The notes: generated by a model from the sequence alone, not told the origin. DNA of 64,000 nt from Candidatus Dadabacteria bacterium (GCA_963805855.1 CAWDVW010000007.1:608001-672000); one strand, 5' to 3'; counted from the stretch's first letter, positions 9,870 to 21,949 are shown. Made by a program: numbers and translations.

Positions 9870-11210
9870 CTAGTCCTTTTCCTTTCTACGTTCTTTCCAA
9901 ATCCTTTCGAGATACTTCTTTAGATTTGCTTCTTTTCCAATTTCGGTCGGGTCGTAATAGATCCTGCCTTTCAGCTCATCGGGAAGATAGCCCTGATCAA
10001 CAAAATGATCCTCGTAGTTATGAGAGTACTTATAGCCCTTCCCGTATCCCAAATCCTTCATCAGCTTTGTAGGCGCGTTTCTAAGATGTATCGGGATTGG
10101 AATGTAAGGCCTTTCTTCAACGTCCGACATCGCCTTTGATATCGCAATGGTGGAAGAGTTACTCTTTGGACAGCTGGCAAGAAACGTAGTTGCCTGTGAA
10201 AGAATTAAATTAGCCTCGGGCATGCCTACATAATGCACCGCAGTGAAACAGGACGTTGCCAGCGTGAGCGCATATGGCTCGGCATTGCCAATATCTTCGG
10301 ATGCTAGAATGATAAGTCGGCGTGCAATAAATTTAGGGTCTTCTCCAGCTTCGAGCATTCTTGCAAGGTAATAAACAGCCGCATCAGGGTCACTGCCCCT
10401 TACGCTTTTGATAAATGCGGAAATGGTATTATAATGCTCCTCTCCGCTTTGATCATATTTATAGTGTTGTGTTTGATAAGCCTCGCGGACCCTGCTCTTA
10501 TCGATTCCCACCGGCGCTTGCCCCTTGTTCAAATTAAAGGAGATCTCGAGGGCATTGAGCATGACCCTTGCGTCGCCACCGGATAGTCTAATTAATTCTT
10601 CGCGAGCGTCTTCGGCTAATGACACGCCCTTGATAACTTCATCTATCTCCAGTGCTCGTTTTAAGATTCTTTCTAGATCATCCCCGGTCAGGGGATCCAG
10701 TGTATAAACCTGACACCTGGAAAGCAACGGGGATATCACTTCAAATGAAGGGTTCTCGGTAGTCGCACCAATAACAATGATTGTCCCTTCTTCCACGCTT
10801 TTAAGCAGAGCGGCCTGCTGGGCCTTATTAAACCGGTGAATCTCATCAATGAATAGAATCGTTTTTGTTCCTATTTCCAGCGACTTCTGTGCCCGATCTA
10901 CTATTTCCCTTAATTCCTTTACTCCAGATGAAATGGCATTTATTTGAATAAAATCTGCCTTCAGTGTCCCCGCAAACATCCTTGCAAGCGTAGTTTTACC
11001 TGTGCCAGGAGGCCCCCAAAGAATCATGGCGGGGATGGTACCGGCCTTTATCATCTTCCTGATTACACCGTCTTCACCGAGCAAATGATCCTGCCCTATG
11101 AACTCGCTCAGCCCTCTTGGCCTAACCCTTTCGGCAAGGGGAACGGCCGATTTCGGGGCCTTGAATAAGGAAGGAGTATCCCGCTTTAGATTCGAATATT
11201 TCTTTGACAT
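9870..11210 (-). CDS. rarA: Replication-associated recombination protein A (MgsA/RarA AAA+ ATPase)
   Basis: PLAERVRP, GPPGTGKTT, DEIHRFNK, GATTENP, ISAFIKSVRGSDPDAA. Confidence 0.95.
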   Translation of the reverse strand: MSKKYSNLKRDTPSLFKAPKSAVPLAERVRPRGLSEFIGQDHLLGEDGVIRKMIKAGTIPAMILWGPPGTGKTTLARMFAGTLKADFIQINAISSGVKELREIVDRAQKSLEIGTKTILFIDEIHRFNKAQQAALLKSVEEGTIIVIGATTENPSFEVISPLLSRCQVYTLDPLTGDDLERILKRALEIDEVIKGVSLAEDAREELIRLSGGDARVMLNALEISFNLNKGQAPVGIDKSRVREAYQTQHYKYDQSGEEHYNTISAFIKSVRGSDPDAAVYYLARMLEAGEDPKFIARRLIILASEDIGNAEPYALTLATSCFTAVHYVGMPEANLILSQATTFLASCPKSNSSTIAISKAMSDVEERPYIPIPIHLRNAPTKLMKDLGYGKGYKYSHNYEDHFVDQGYLPDELKGRIYYDPTEIGKEANLKKYLERIWKERRKEKD

Positions 11211-11397
11211 CTCTCGTTTATAAAAACCCTTGTTGTTAATAGGTTAAATCGATAACACTGAGAAATCAATTTAAGTATTAAAAAGTTTTAGTTCAGGTTT
11301 CTGAGATGTGATGCAGGGAATTCCAGAAATTTTAAGATCCGATCTTAATAGTGAAACCTAACGGCTTTTCATTAAGAAATTAATTCATAAGATATGT

Positions 11398-11417
11398 GCG
11401 GGACAGGAATGTCCCGC
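11398..11417. repeat. Short REP-like hairpin
   Basis: GCGGGACA-GGAA-TGTCCCGC perfect 8-bp stem in an intergenic region. Confidence 0.5.
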
Positions 11418-11507
11418 CTATCGCCCGACGGCATTCAACGCTATTCATAAATATAACAGCCGCTTTTTTTTACTCCGCGTATCATATTTTGATAAATAAA
11501 ACGAATA

Positions 11508-11951
11508 TTACCTATCTCGCTCGTTTGACAATTGAATCGTGTATCTATATGTCCACCAGATAAAAAATAATTGCAGAGGTATCCGAAACAACAAATATTT
11601 AGGCCCATATGCGTGACCGCCAAAAGCAACATGCTTATATGCCGCATAAACGTTGGCCGGAAGAAACCCAACCAACATGAGAATCAGGCAAATACCAGCC
11701 AATCTCCGAAGCCGTGGTACTAATATCCCGATTGCGCCCAGTAATTCTAATACGCCCGTCATATAAATTATCTCAGATTTATATGAAAGATAATCAGGCA
11801 GCATCATCGCCATTTCCTGTGTTTTGTAGAAGTGAGCGGTTCCGGTGAAAATGAGAAGGACAGCCAGCGATATTCGACCCCTCAATCCCTTTTCGACCTT
11901 AATCAAAGCTAGAACCACGTAAGAGACTAATAAAACGGCCAATGTTATCAT
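11508..11951 (-). CDS. DoxX-like membrane protein
   Basis: GTAHF, GVLELLGAIG, FLPANVY, RIPLQ motifs; four hydrophobic segments. Confidence 0.7.
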   Translation of the reverse strand: MITLAVLLVSYVVLALIKVEKGLRGRISLAVLLIFTGTAHFYKTQEMAMMLPDYLSYKSEIIYMTGVLELLGAIGILVPRLRRLAGICLILMLVGFLPANVYAAYKHVAFGGHAYGPKYLLFRIPLQLFFIWWTYRYTIQLSNERDR

Positions 11952-12215
11952 TGTCTAGCCATTTAAATATGATTAGCTTAAATGCACTGACAAACAAAAA
12001 AATCAATTATAATTCAATTATGAAGTACCTCATGTTCAATTACAATTCGATTACAATCTCAATACCGGCTTCTTAGAGATCGCTCCCAATCCGCTCACAA
12101 AGAAATTGGTAAACGTATTGACTCCGAACAGTCTAATAACATATCATTACAATTATATTTGGAGCTGAAACAAATTTCATCAAACAACCAATAAGCCAAG
12201 ACGGGGGTAAATAAA

Positions 12216-13910
12216 TTGTCTAAAAACGAAACGAGTACAGTAGGATCGTATCTCGCAACACGCCTGGAGCAGATCGGGATAAGACACTATTTTGCAGTGC
12301 CCGGCGATTATAATCTCATACTCCTCGATGAGTTTCTGAAAAATGAAAATCTTAAATTGATCGGATGTTGTAACGAATTAAACGCCGGTTATGCGGCTGA
12401 TGGTTATGCACGCGCAAATGGCGTTTCTGCAGTAGTGGTTACATTCTCTGTAGGCGGTTTAAGCGCAATTAATGCCATAGCGGGGGCGTATGCCGAGGAC
12501 CTTCCAGTGATCATAATCTCAGGTGGCCCAAACAGTAATTCAGAATCCGAAAATCAACTACTACACCACACATGTGGTGAAGTTCGGTATGGATATGCAC
12601 TCGATATCTTTTCACATGTGACAGCAAACTCAGTCATCATAAGACATCTTAAGGATGCACCGTCACAGATCGACGAAGCCATCTCAGCATGTGTCCGAAA
12701 GCGTAAACCCGTTTATATAGAAATAGCCTGCAACATAGCCAAGTTAGAGACATCATTTCCGAAGAGGCAACGATTTTTTATTAAACATTCAAGCCACCCG
12801 GAAGCTTTAACGGACGCGGTAGAGCATGCGACTTCACTACTCAATAAAGCTTCAAAACCGGTTTTAGTCGCTGGGCCAAGACTTCGGGCATGGGGAGCTA
12901 TTGAATCTTTTCAGAAGCTCGTTGACGTTTCTGGATACGCAGTTGCCGCTATGCCGAATGCGAAAGGGTTTATCCCAGAAAATCATCCGAGCTTCATCGG
13001 TACGTACTGGGGACCGGTGAGCAGCCCCGGAACAAATGAAATCGTTGAATCGGCAGACGCATATTTATTCGCGGGTCCTATTTTTACAGATTACACCACG
13101 AGCGGTTTTACGACTCTGATCAACCAAGAAAAACTGATCAACGCGGAGCCGGACAGGATACACATCACAAACCAAACATATAACGACGTGACACTGGATG
13201 AGTTCTTAACGGCATTAGCCGCTAAAATCAAACCAAATAATGGTTCGCTCAAGGCATATGAACGCATTAAGACCGAATATGCCCCAGAGCCACCTATAAG
13301 GCCTGATAAGCCGCTTACCACACGAAGGCTCTTTAATCAGATCCAGCAATTACTCGATTCGAATTCTGTTGTGATCGCGGAGACCGGTGATTCCTGGTTT
13401 AACGGGATGAAATTAAGGCTTCCGGAGGGTGCGAGATTTGAGATACAGATGCAGTACGGATCGATCGGCTGGTCTGTTGGTGCCACCCTCGGCTATGAAC
13501 TGGGCAGCGCTAAACCATGCCGCGTAATCTCATTAATAGGCGATGGTTCCTTTCAATTAACCGCCCAGGAGGTTTCAACCATGATAAGATACGGATTGAA
13601 ACCCATCATCTTTCTGATCAATAATGGCGGTTACACGATAGAGGTTGAGATTCATGATGGTCCTTACAACAACATTAAAAATTGGAAGTATGCTGAACTC
13701 ATAAATGTCTTTAATGCGGATGATGGAAATGGCTGGTCTACAAAGGTTTCGACAGAGGGAGAGTTGGATAAGGCACTGATGGAGGCATTAACCCACGACG
13801 GAGTAAGTTTCATAGAGTTAATAATCGACCGGGATGACTGCAGCAAAGAGCTGCTTGAGTGGGGAAGCCACGTCGCAGCGAATAACGGGCGCCCTCCGAG
13901 GAATTTGTAG
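12216..13910 (+). CDS. pdc: Pyruvate decarboxylase (ThDP-dependent alpha-keto acid decarboxylase)
   Basis: [39 protein letters not shown]...[15 protein letters not shown]. Confidence 0.85.
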   Translation: MSKNETSTVGSYLATRLEQIGIRHYFAVPGDYNLILLDEFLKNENLKLIGCCNELNAGYAADGYARANGVSAVVVTFSVGGLSAINAIAGAYAEDLPVIIISGGPNSNSESENQLLHHTCGEVRYGYALDIFSHVTANSVIIRHLKDAPSQIDEAISACVRKRKPVYIEIACNIAKLETSFPKRQRFFIKHSSHPEALTDAVEHATSLLNKASKPVLVAGPRLRAWGAIESFQKLVDVSGYAVAAMPNAKGFIPENHPSFIGTYWGPVSSPGTNEIVESADAYLFAGPIFTDYTTSGFTTLINQEKLINAEPDRIHITNQTYNDVTLDEFLTALAAKIKPNNGSLKAYERIKTEYAPEPPIRPDKPLTTRRLFNQIQQLLDSNSVVIAETGDSWFNGMKLRLPEGARFEIQMQYGSIGWSVGATLGYELGSAKPCRVISLIGDGSFQLTAQEVSTMIRYGLKPIIFLINNGGYTIEVEIHDGPYNNIKNWKYAELINVFNADDGNGWSTKVSTEGELDKALMEALTHDGVSFIELIIDRDDCSKELLEWGSHVAANNGRPPRNL

Positions 13911-13978
13911 TTCTTCGGGCGACTTCGAGCACCGCTTTTTAATGCGGTGCCACAAAACACCACCTAATACGGGGAGGA

Positions 13979-14662
13979 ATGCTCATGGAACTCTACGATA
14001 TCATGCGTAGTACGTTTTCCGCGAGAGAATTCACGGATGATCCAATTCCTGACCGAACAATATTTAAAATCCTGGACAACGCGCGCTTCGCCCCAAGTGG
14101 TGGCAACAGGCAGGGGTGGCGCGTTATCATAATACGTAGGCAAGAAACGAGGGAGGCGTTAGCAGAGCTAACGATAGCGGCTGCAAAGCGGTATGCAGCA
14201 CAAATAAGAGCTGGAGAGAATCCCTGGAATACCGTAAATCTTACCAAGGTTGATGATCGAACGATTGAGCTCACAGCTGCGCCATCACAGTTTACAAAAC
14301 CGTACCTGCAGGCAGCTGTGGTGCTTGTCGTGTGCGTTGATCTGAAGGTAGTCGCATCTATGGATCAATATTTGAACCGTGTCGGTGTCGTCAGTGGCGC
14401 TTCAATTTATCCATTTGTCTGGAACATATTGCTTGCCGCAAGACACGAAGGCTACGGCGGAACCATTACAACCCTAGCAATTTCAGAGGAACCCAAGCTT
14501 CAGGAACTGTTGGGCATTCCCGAACACTTTGCGGTATCCGCGATTATACCGCTAGGAAAACCGGTCAGATACCTCACGAGGCTAAAGCGAAGACCAGTCT
14601 CGTCTTTTGCGACATTTGAACACTTCGATGGTACACCCCTTACCGACGTTAGGGATGAATAG
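13979..14662 (+). CDS. Nitroreductase family protein
   Basis: SAREFTDDP, ARFAPSGGNRQGW, LLAARHEGYG. Confidence 0.9.
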   Translation: MLMELYDIMRSTFSAREFTDDPIPDRTIFKILDNARFAPSGGNRQGWRVIIIRRQETREALAELTIAAAKRYAAQIRAGENPWNTVNLTKVDDRTIELTAAPSQFTKPYLQAAVVLVVCVDLKVVASMDQYLNRVGVVSGASIYPFVWNILLAARHEGYGGTITTLAISEEPKLQELLGIPEHFAVSAIIPLGKPVRYLTRLKRRPVSSFATFEHFDGTPLTDVRDE

Positions 14663-14765
14663 AATTTCAAGAAATTGCGTCATGCAATATTTAAAGAGCA
14701 TGATCCCCCTTTCCTATTCTCAGCTCTGAAACTTATCTGCTGAAATTCAGTTTATTAACTATGAA

Positions 14766-15134
14766 ATGACTAATAAGACGATTCTCCTGTCATCATTAAT
14801 TACGCTGGTTTCACTTGCGATCACATCGTGTTACGCAGCCTACCCCGGTGGATATGGTTATGCAGGAACCGGGGCTCTATACTATTCGAATTCAGGAGCT
14901 TACTACGACTATCCAGGATACTACTACCCATATTCAAGATATCGACATTTTCATGATAAACATGGAAATAGGCGCAATAAATTTTACGGCGGTGCTCACG
15001 ATAGGGATCCGTGGATATCCGATCATGAGCATAACCGTGATTACCATGGGTCAGAACGTTTGCACGAGAGGGGACATCAGGGGTTAAGGAATTCGCACAA
15101 CCGCGGTGATCGTGGGATAGGTCACAGGAGATAA
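14766..15134 (+). CDS. Small putative lipoprotein, Tyr/Gly-rich then His/Arg-rich
   Basis: Hydrophobic N-terminus ending ITSC (lipobox-like), low-complexity mature region. Confidence 0.55.
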   Translation: MTNKTILLSSLITLVSLAITSCYAAYPGGYGYAGTGALYYSNSGAYYDYPGYYYPYSRYRHFHDKHGNRRNKFYGGAHDRDPWISDHEHNRDYHGSERLHERGHQGLRNSHNRGDRGIGHRR

Positions 15135-15405
15135 ACAAAGCATCGTATTTTCAAAACGTAAACGGATCATTTCTTTTTTACAACAGTTAATCCGAGCTAG
15201 ACCTCAATTTGCGATTAATCTCGACCCCATGAACTCCTCATGCTTTTCTTTTAATTGTCGGAAAAAGTTGTTCCAAATTCAAAGTTCAATAATTGGAAAA
15301 ACGCTTGGCTTGGGTATTATCTTGCTGAAGTATTAACTTGTTCAGCAAGTTAAGTTCTCTTGATTCGATCACCCTTATAAGGCTAAGAAATCAAAGAAAA
15401 GAGTT

Positions 15406-16079
15406 ATGATAATTGTAAGGAATTTATCAAAGCACTTCTACGTAGAAAACACTGCTAGATACATCTTGAATAATGTATCACTCGAAATCGAAAAAGGCGA
15501 TTTCGGAATAATTACTGGAAGAAGTGGGGCAGGTAAATCGACACTGTTACACCTAATCGCCGGGCTGGACACACCCAGTAGTGGCGAATGCTGGATTGAG
15601 GAAGACCTTATATCAAGCTTTGATGAAGATAGGCGAGCAGAATTTAGACTGAAAAATATCGGATTTGTGTTTCAAACTTTTAATTTTCTGTCCAGCCTCA
15701 CTATATCTGAAAATATAATGATCCCAAAAATCTTATTGAATAATGACTCCGCGGGTGAAATTAAAGCCCAGATAGAAAACATATCTAATGTACTCGCAAT
15801 TAATCAAATATTAAATCAGTTGCCGAGTGAGGTTTCAGGAGGAGAATTGCAGAGAGCATGCATAGCAAGAGCAATGATTAATAACCCGAGAGTTATTTTG
15901 GCAGATGAACCGACCGGAAATCTGGATACCGAAAACAGGGAAGTTGTCGTTGAATCGTTTAACAAGATCAAAAGTCAATTCAAAGTAACAATTCTGATGG
16001 TTACCCACGACGAAGAAATAGAAAAAACGCTGACGCGATATTTCATTTGAAAGATGGCATCATAAATAAGATTCGATGA
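15406..16079 (+). pseudogene. LolD/MacB-type ABC ATPase with a C-terminal frameshift
   Basis: GRSGAGKST, SGGELQR, ADEPTGNLD; the conserved ADAIFHLKDG tail lies in another frame after the A-run at about 16022-16027. Confidence 0.8.
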
Positions 16080-18570
16080 AATACCTCCATCTTATTAAGT
16101 TATTAACTTATAACTACTTCAAAAAGCATTTCATTAAAATCGTTTTTGCAATAATCGGCATGTCCACCGGCATAGCAATTTTTGTCGCTACTAATGTATA
16201 TAAAGAAACGATCTATAATGATGTAAGCAAGAAAGAACGATTAATACAGCAAACGGATGAATGGTTAATAATTTCAGAAACTGGAAGGATTTCAGAGAAA
16301 ATTGTTCAGGAAATTATCGATTTGAAGGTTTTTGATAAAATTGCACCAAAATCCCAGCGAGTTGAGTACATATATGACGATGAGAATAAAACGATTCCGG
16401 CAAGATTTGTGGGTATTGACCTAGATCTCCGGTTCGAAACGATAGGTACCAATCTGATATATTTAGTATTGATGAACGCAAAATTAATGCAGATCCCTGT
16501 TTTTGGCTCTAACTATTTTAAAAAAAGCGGAAGTCTCAAGCTTAGAAACCGACCGACAGCAAATGAGATATTTGTAACAGACACCATTGCTGAAAGCCCA
16601 AACGATTCACCATTTATAGTTACCGATATTGCATTTTATCAAGCGCTGTTCGAGGACAGGGGATGGATAGATGAATTAGGGGTGCATTTTACAGGAAATC
16701 AACTAAGTGGGATTCAAAAATTATTAGAGCAGATTGACCCGAAATTATCGTTAATTAGTCAGAACAAATATCTAGGAAAAAACAATCCCTATCGTATGCC
16801 TTTCGGTAAATCTGCAGCTGTTTTCACTGGTAGCTTTGATAATCAGCATATTACTTATCTATCAGTTTTACGGCTTTATATTGATTGACAGAGAAACGGA
16901 CTTTGCAAAGCTCAGATCATTGGGTATTTCATCGAGAGATATCAAGATTCTTCTCTCAATCGAAATACTTTTCCTGGGACTCATATCTTCGATTTTGGGA
17001 ATACTCGGAGGACTAATCTTATCAAAACTTTCTCTGACAATCATTACGTCCACCGTAAATACCTTTTATTTCGGCGTAGATGCAAAAGACATTCACCTAA
17101 GCTACCGATTAATTCTTATAAGTCTTATCTTGGGAGTAACGGGATGTCTGTTATCGGGCATCCAGCCAGTAATAAGACTTATGAAATCATCAAGACCTCT
17201 TGGTTTTTTGAGTTATACAGCTCCAGCTGGTGGTTCAGAAGGACTTTCTTACATCTTTATTCTAGGTTTGATATTGCTGTCGATGTTATTCATGGCTTTG
17301 AACACATTTCCTTGATTCCTCAAGTGTTACTAACTATCTTAAGCATAATTTTGTTTGCTTTCGGTATGTTCCTCGTATTCTTATCTAATTATGAAGGCGA
17401 CGTCGTGCATCATCGATAAAAATATTGTATCAGCTTTAAAAATAAAAACCGCAGCTTCCTACATAGCAAGAACCTTAGCCAGACAGTCCCTTTTCGTTTT
17501 ATCCTTGGGAATCCTCGTTGGATTTGTGATAAGTCTAGTAATTTTCGTCTCGAGTTTTAGACAGACCATAGAAAACTGGATATACCAGGTAACGCCGGCA
17601 GACCTTTATATACAGTCTGAACTTAATAGCATGCAAAAGCCATTTCCACTGCCGCAAGAGTTTCTGGAAGGTATCAAGAATCATCCATTGGTTAAGAAAT
17701 TCGATACTATAACGAGATATGAATACGAATTTGAAAACACGCCTATACAGATTCGTGCCAGTGATTTTGAAATAATACGGCAAAAAAACCGTCTAAAGTT
17801 CAAATCGCTTGCGAAAGATTTAAGCGAAATCAATAAAGATTGGATCTTAATCTCTGAACCGTTTGAAAACCGATTTGATAAGGGTCTAAATGATGAAATC
17901 ACAATTGTTGGGGATAGAGACACACGAAAATTAAAAGTTATGGGCATTTTTTATGATTATGTAACTGAGAGAGGAGCAATATACATTGATAAGAGATTGG
18001 GTAAGGAGCTTTATTCAAAAAGCTTTGTTAACGGTGTCTCAGTATATGATCTAGAGCCGAATGAAAGGCTTGAATTTGAGCACGATATTCGAACATCATA
18101 TCCGAGCGAAAATATTCAAATAGAAAGTCAGAACAAAATAAGAGAAAGTACGCTTTCTCTTCGATAAGACATTTCGGATTGTGTGGCTTTTGGCAGGGCT
18201 CGCGGTAATAATATCAATCGTAACGATAATAAACTCCACGCTAATGGTTTATCTCGAGCGCGCGTATGAGTTAACCCAACTCATGGCCTTGGGCGCATCG
18301 ACTGGGCAGCTCGTATCTATAATATGGTCACAGATGTCGTTACTAGGTTTCTACTCGATCCCTATTGCCTTTGTTTTTAGTGTGGGGTTTCTAAATATCA
18401 TAGTGAAAACAAACAACGTTTTTTTTGGATGGACTATCGATTTAAATTTCGACTGGAAACCCTATCTGATAGCTTTATTAACGTTATTTACCTTGGCCTA
18501 CGTGACAATAAGATTGACTTTCAAAAAGCTGAAAAATGATATAAAGCTTTACAATTTAAGAAATGAATAA
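16076..18570 (+). pseudogene. FtsX-like ABC permease split into four fragments
   Basis: Consecutive ORFs 16076-16888, 16836-17315, 17355-18167, 18181-18570 with FtsX motifs (RETDFAKLRSLG; ERAYELTQLMALGAS). Confidence 0.8.
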
Positions 18571-19597
18571 AATCTATTTAATAGTTTGTCTCATAATATT
18601 TAGCACCTATAACGGCATTGCTTTTGGTGAAGATTATGAGAGGGCTATCGATACGAGGGCATGGTCTTTCCGAGGGACCATGGATCGCATCGAAATTTTA
18701 AAACTGAATGGTGGTACTCCACCGGCCACCTAAAAAGTGGTACGAAATTTTATGGGTTTCAGCTGACATTTTTTCGATTTGCTAACCGAGACCTCAAAGA
18801 ACTAGAATCAGACTGGACTCCCGATCAAATCTACTTAACCCACTTTACAATCACAGACGAGAGCAAATCTAAATTTTATAAATATGAAAAAGTAAACAGA
18901 CGCTCCTTGGACTTTCAGGTTCCAGTGTTGACACGCTTCGCGTTTGGAATGGATCGTATCGAGTTGAATTAATTGACGATAATATAGAGATAAAAGCCTC
19001 GAGTCCGGAAACAAAATTGGAGTTATCTCTGAAACAAGTCTCTCCGGTTGTCTTGAATGGCAAGGAGGGTTTAAGTCCTAGAGGGTCTAAAAGTGGCCAG
19101 GCTTCTTATTACTATACAATACCTAGATTAGTGGGAGACGGGATTGGATTTAACGATAAACTAGGCAAGCCCTTGGATGGATCATGAGTTTTTCACAATT
19201 GATGAATCTGAGCACCAAGGTTGGGACTGGTTCGCGGTTCAGTTTGAGGATCAATCTTCACTTATGGTTTACCAGCTAAGAAATAAAAATGGCAAAAAAA
19301 CTAACTTCTCCTCGGGAACTTATCTAAGCAAAAATGGCAGAAAACTGATATTAAACGCCGACGATTATACTCTTATTCCGGTCGAATATTGGAGAAGCAA
19401 TGAGACCAATGTTGACTATCCAATAAAATGGAACATAAGCATTTAAAAAATGGGTAATTGATATCTTCGCGAATCCCACAATAAAAAATTAGGAATTGGC
19501 ACAAGCGAAGTTAATCAATCTGAATTATTGGGAAGGTCGATGCACAGTTACCGGCAGCCACGATGGTCAGGCATATGTCGAGCTTGTTGGGTATTGA
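18563..19597 (+). pseudogene. AttH/CrtC-like secreted lipocalin-fold hydrolase, frameshifted and with an in-frame stop
   Basis: FPRDHGSH..EWWY, FQLTFFR, ASYYY, WMDHE, GWDWF, YWEG...AYVELVGY in different frames; TAG at 19490. Confidence 0.85.
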
Positions 19598-19694
19598 CTC
19601 TTAGCGCAGTCGCTGGGGTCTGCCCTGAACATTATACTTGAGAAAATTGTGACAAAGGAAAAAGAGGACTAACTTTTTCAATTCGGGTTGTCAA

Positions 19695-19955
19695 TCACTC
19701 CTCAACTATTTTATATACCTTATCTCCCTTTCTCACTTTTTCGGATACCTTTACCCCGATACTGTCTCCTTGCTTCGCCTCTGTAACAGATTCGTGTTCT
19801 ATCTGGATCGAATCTACCGTTGACTTAAAATCTGTTGTATGTCCTTTAAAACGTATCGTATCACCTACTGACACCATACCACTTGTTATCTCCACAGCGG
19901 CTACCGATATTTTGCGAAAGTAGTCGGAGACATAACCAATCTCATTTTCTTCCAT
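19695..19955 (-). CDS. Small translation-factor beta-barrel-like protein (EF-Tu domain II / U32 C-terminal-like)
   Basis: IGYVSDYFRKISVAA, GDTIRFKGHTTDF, GDSIGVKV; GGAGG RBS. Confidence 0.8.
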   Translation of the reverse strand: MEENEIGYVSDYFRKISVAAVEITSGMVSVGDTIRFKGHTTDFKSTVDSIQIEHESVTEAKQGDSIGVKVSEKVRKGDKVYKIVEE

Positions 19956-20267
19956 AGCTAACCTCCCCTTCCGTGTTAAAACATATGTAACAAATTATCT
20001 CATTAAATATCAATGTTGTTAAGTCTTCGCCTTTACAATTTATAGCCTTACATTCGTTTTCATAATCTACAAGCTGCTTCCGCCACTTAACCTAATTTCC
20101 CTTTATAACTTCTTTTTCTTAATACGAGAGGGAGCCCTTCCATCCTTTGATTGAATGAAGGACCATGGTAAACGGGATATGATCATCGAATTTAATGGGA
20201 AGTGGGATAGGTGAGTGGAATAATGCAAAATGCTAATCGAAACCTACAAATCAAATACAAAACCGAT

Positions 20268-20435
20268 CACACTGAGTTTATCGAAGTGTGATTGAGAAAA
20301 AGCGAGCGGGTCGGGGTTTGCTTATTTATTTGTTAAGCTTTTTCGTAATGCATCCGCATTTTTTCTCGCATGGTCTTGTCGAGCCGGCCCCGGAGCGACG
20401 TAAGTGGTTCACCCTTCGACAGGCTCAGGGTGAAC
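20268..20435. repeat. Inverted pair of REP-like family C palindromes
   Basis: CACACTGAGTTTATCGAAGTGTG (20268-20290) and GTTCACCCTTCGACAGGCTCAGGGTGAAC (20407-20435). Confidence 0.8.
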
Positions 20436-20602
20436 GTATTAAAGATTTTAACTTCCATTCCTTTCGACGAAGTCTCAAATACCATCTCGAAAACGAAATC
20501 CGAAGTGAATTCAAGCTAACCTCTTGATGGATCACAGGTAGAACCTGTACTGAAACCCTCATCGGGAAGCTTTCGGGAATGACGATTGGTGGTGGATTGG
20601 GG

Positions 20603-21109
20603 CTACTTATTTTCCACTGACTTCTCAAGCGAAGGTATAATATCCGTGTGATGGCTGATCATCTTCCACTTTCCTTCCTCCAGCCGGAATATGTTTGTCG
20701 CTCGAATATCAACTGTTACAGGCTTGCCATCAACATAACTGGTTCCGCGTTCGTAGTTGTGAGTAATACCGATCTTATCTCCTACGGTAATATGCATATC
20801 TTCCGGGTTTACCTGACCTCCTAATTTAAGTGCTGCCTGCTCCTCCCAGGCGTTACGGACTTGATCCCATCCGATCAGGATACCCCCCTGCGGTCCAAGA
20901 TATGTTACGTCAGGAGCGTGTGACCATAGTTCGATCATTGTAGAGACATCGCCCTTAAACATAGTGTTAAGCGCCGAATAGAACTGCATCGCCGCTTCCT
21001 TAACCCCCTTCTCTGATTCCGAGGAGAAAGAGGACTCAATATTAATGAACATAAAAACAAGCACTAATAATAACAATCCGGCAATCCTAACAATCCTTTT
21101 ACCTTTCAT
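20603..21109 (-). CDS. Secreted NTF2/SnoaL-like protein
   Basis: Signal peptide, FYSALN, RATNIFRLEEGKWKMISHH. Confidence 0.85.
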   Translation of the reverse strand: MKGKRIVRIAGLLLLVLVFMFINIESSFSSESEKGVKEAAMQFYSALNTMFKGDVSTMIELWSHAPDVTYLGPQGGILIGWDQVRNAWEEQAALKLGGQVNPEDMHITVGDKIGITHNYERGTSYVDGKPVTVDIRATNIFRLEEGKWKMISHHTDIIPSLEKSVENK

Positions 21110-21287
21110 ATCAAGCCTCCTATGTATTATTTAACATAAGAGCCGAACCACTCGCCTCTTTTAAGAGTTGATTCTGGCACTATTTTAAATAATGGATTTT
21201 TACATCATATACCTGCTTTCCAGTACTATCAAGTTAATTTACCTTTATCGCTCCTGTTGTTATAAATCTCCTCTTCGTGATACAACA

Positions 21288-21551
21288 TGTCATCTCGAGT
21301 ACTTCGTTGAACTCAGCATAAACTCCTGCGAGAGATCTTGTAGTTACATAGGTAGAAGCGAAAGACAAAGGAAAGATTTCTCGCTCCGCTCGAAATGACA
21401 AGGCTATTCGATATGGCAACTTTTTTTCTGTCATCTCGAACGCATGTGAGGATCTCATAGTTAAGTCGGAAAAAGCAAAAACAAAGGAAAGATTTCTCAT
21501 ATTCATTCGAAATGACAGATGGTATTCGAATTGACAACAGGTCAAATGACA
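21288..21551. repeat. Cluster of paired palindromic repeats (family A, TGTCATYTCGA...GAGARATCT / AGATTTCTC...TCGAAATGACA)
   Basis: Units 21288-21400 and 21429-21517 plus extra AATGACA half-sites, immediately upstream of the GIY-YIG gene. Confidence 0.9.
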
Positions 21552-21597
21552 ATGGCGGGATTATACTTAGTTATAGACGCATAATGGCGTAAAGGCT

Positions 21598-21894
21598 ATG
21601 AAGGAACACATTTACTATGTTTACATTACAACAAACCCAACCAGGAGCACCCTGTACGTCGGTGTAACGGACGATATAGGAACAAGGCTTCAACAGCATT
21701 ACGAGAATCGGAGTAATCAAGAATCCTTTGCTGGAAAATACTATTGCTACAATCTCGTATATTGTGAAGTGCATGAGGACGTTGTGGGTGCTATAGAGAG
21801 GGAAAAGGAGATTAAGAAATGGAGGAGAGAGAAAAAGGTGAAGCTGATTGAAGAACAAAATCCGGATTGGAGGTTTATGAATAACGACATTTAA
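21598..21894 (+). CDS. Stand-alone GIY-YIG nuclease
   Basis: YYVYIT...LYVGVT...RLQQH, AIEREKEIKKWRREKK..LIE..NPDW. Confidence 0.9.
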   Translation: MKEHIYYVYITTNPTRSTLYVGVTDDIGTRLQQHYENRSNQESFAGKYYCYNLVYCEVHEDVVGAIEREKEIKKWRREKKVKLIEEQNPDWRFMNNDI

Positions 21895-21949
21895 TAGATG
21901 TTCTCCTGTCTTTGTCAGCTCTTCCGCTTTCCCCTCAACACGTTTCCCC

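Noticed and set aside
15406-19597. Programmed frameshifting or phase variation in the ABC/AttH locus
   Set aside because: There are too many breaks across three genes plus a nonsense codon, with no consistent slippery motif; decay or assembly error is simpler.
21288-21551. Repeat cluster next to a nuclease as a CRISPR array
   Set aside because: Repeats alternate in orientation, the spacers resemble each other, spacing is irregular and there are no cas genes.
21192-21552. ORFs 21192-21398, 21234-21545, 21313-21552 (also 28196-28477, 31805-31993, 20288-20527, 36991-37173)
   Set aside because: They are translations of palindromic repeat DNA, with no RBS or protein motif.
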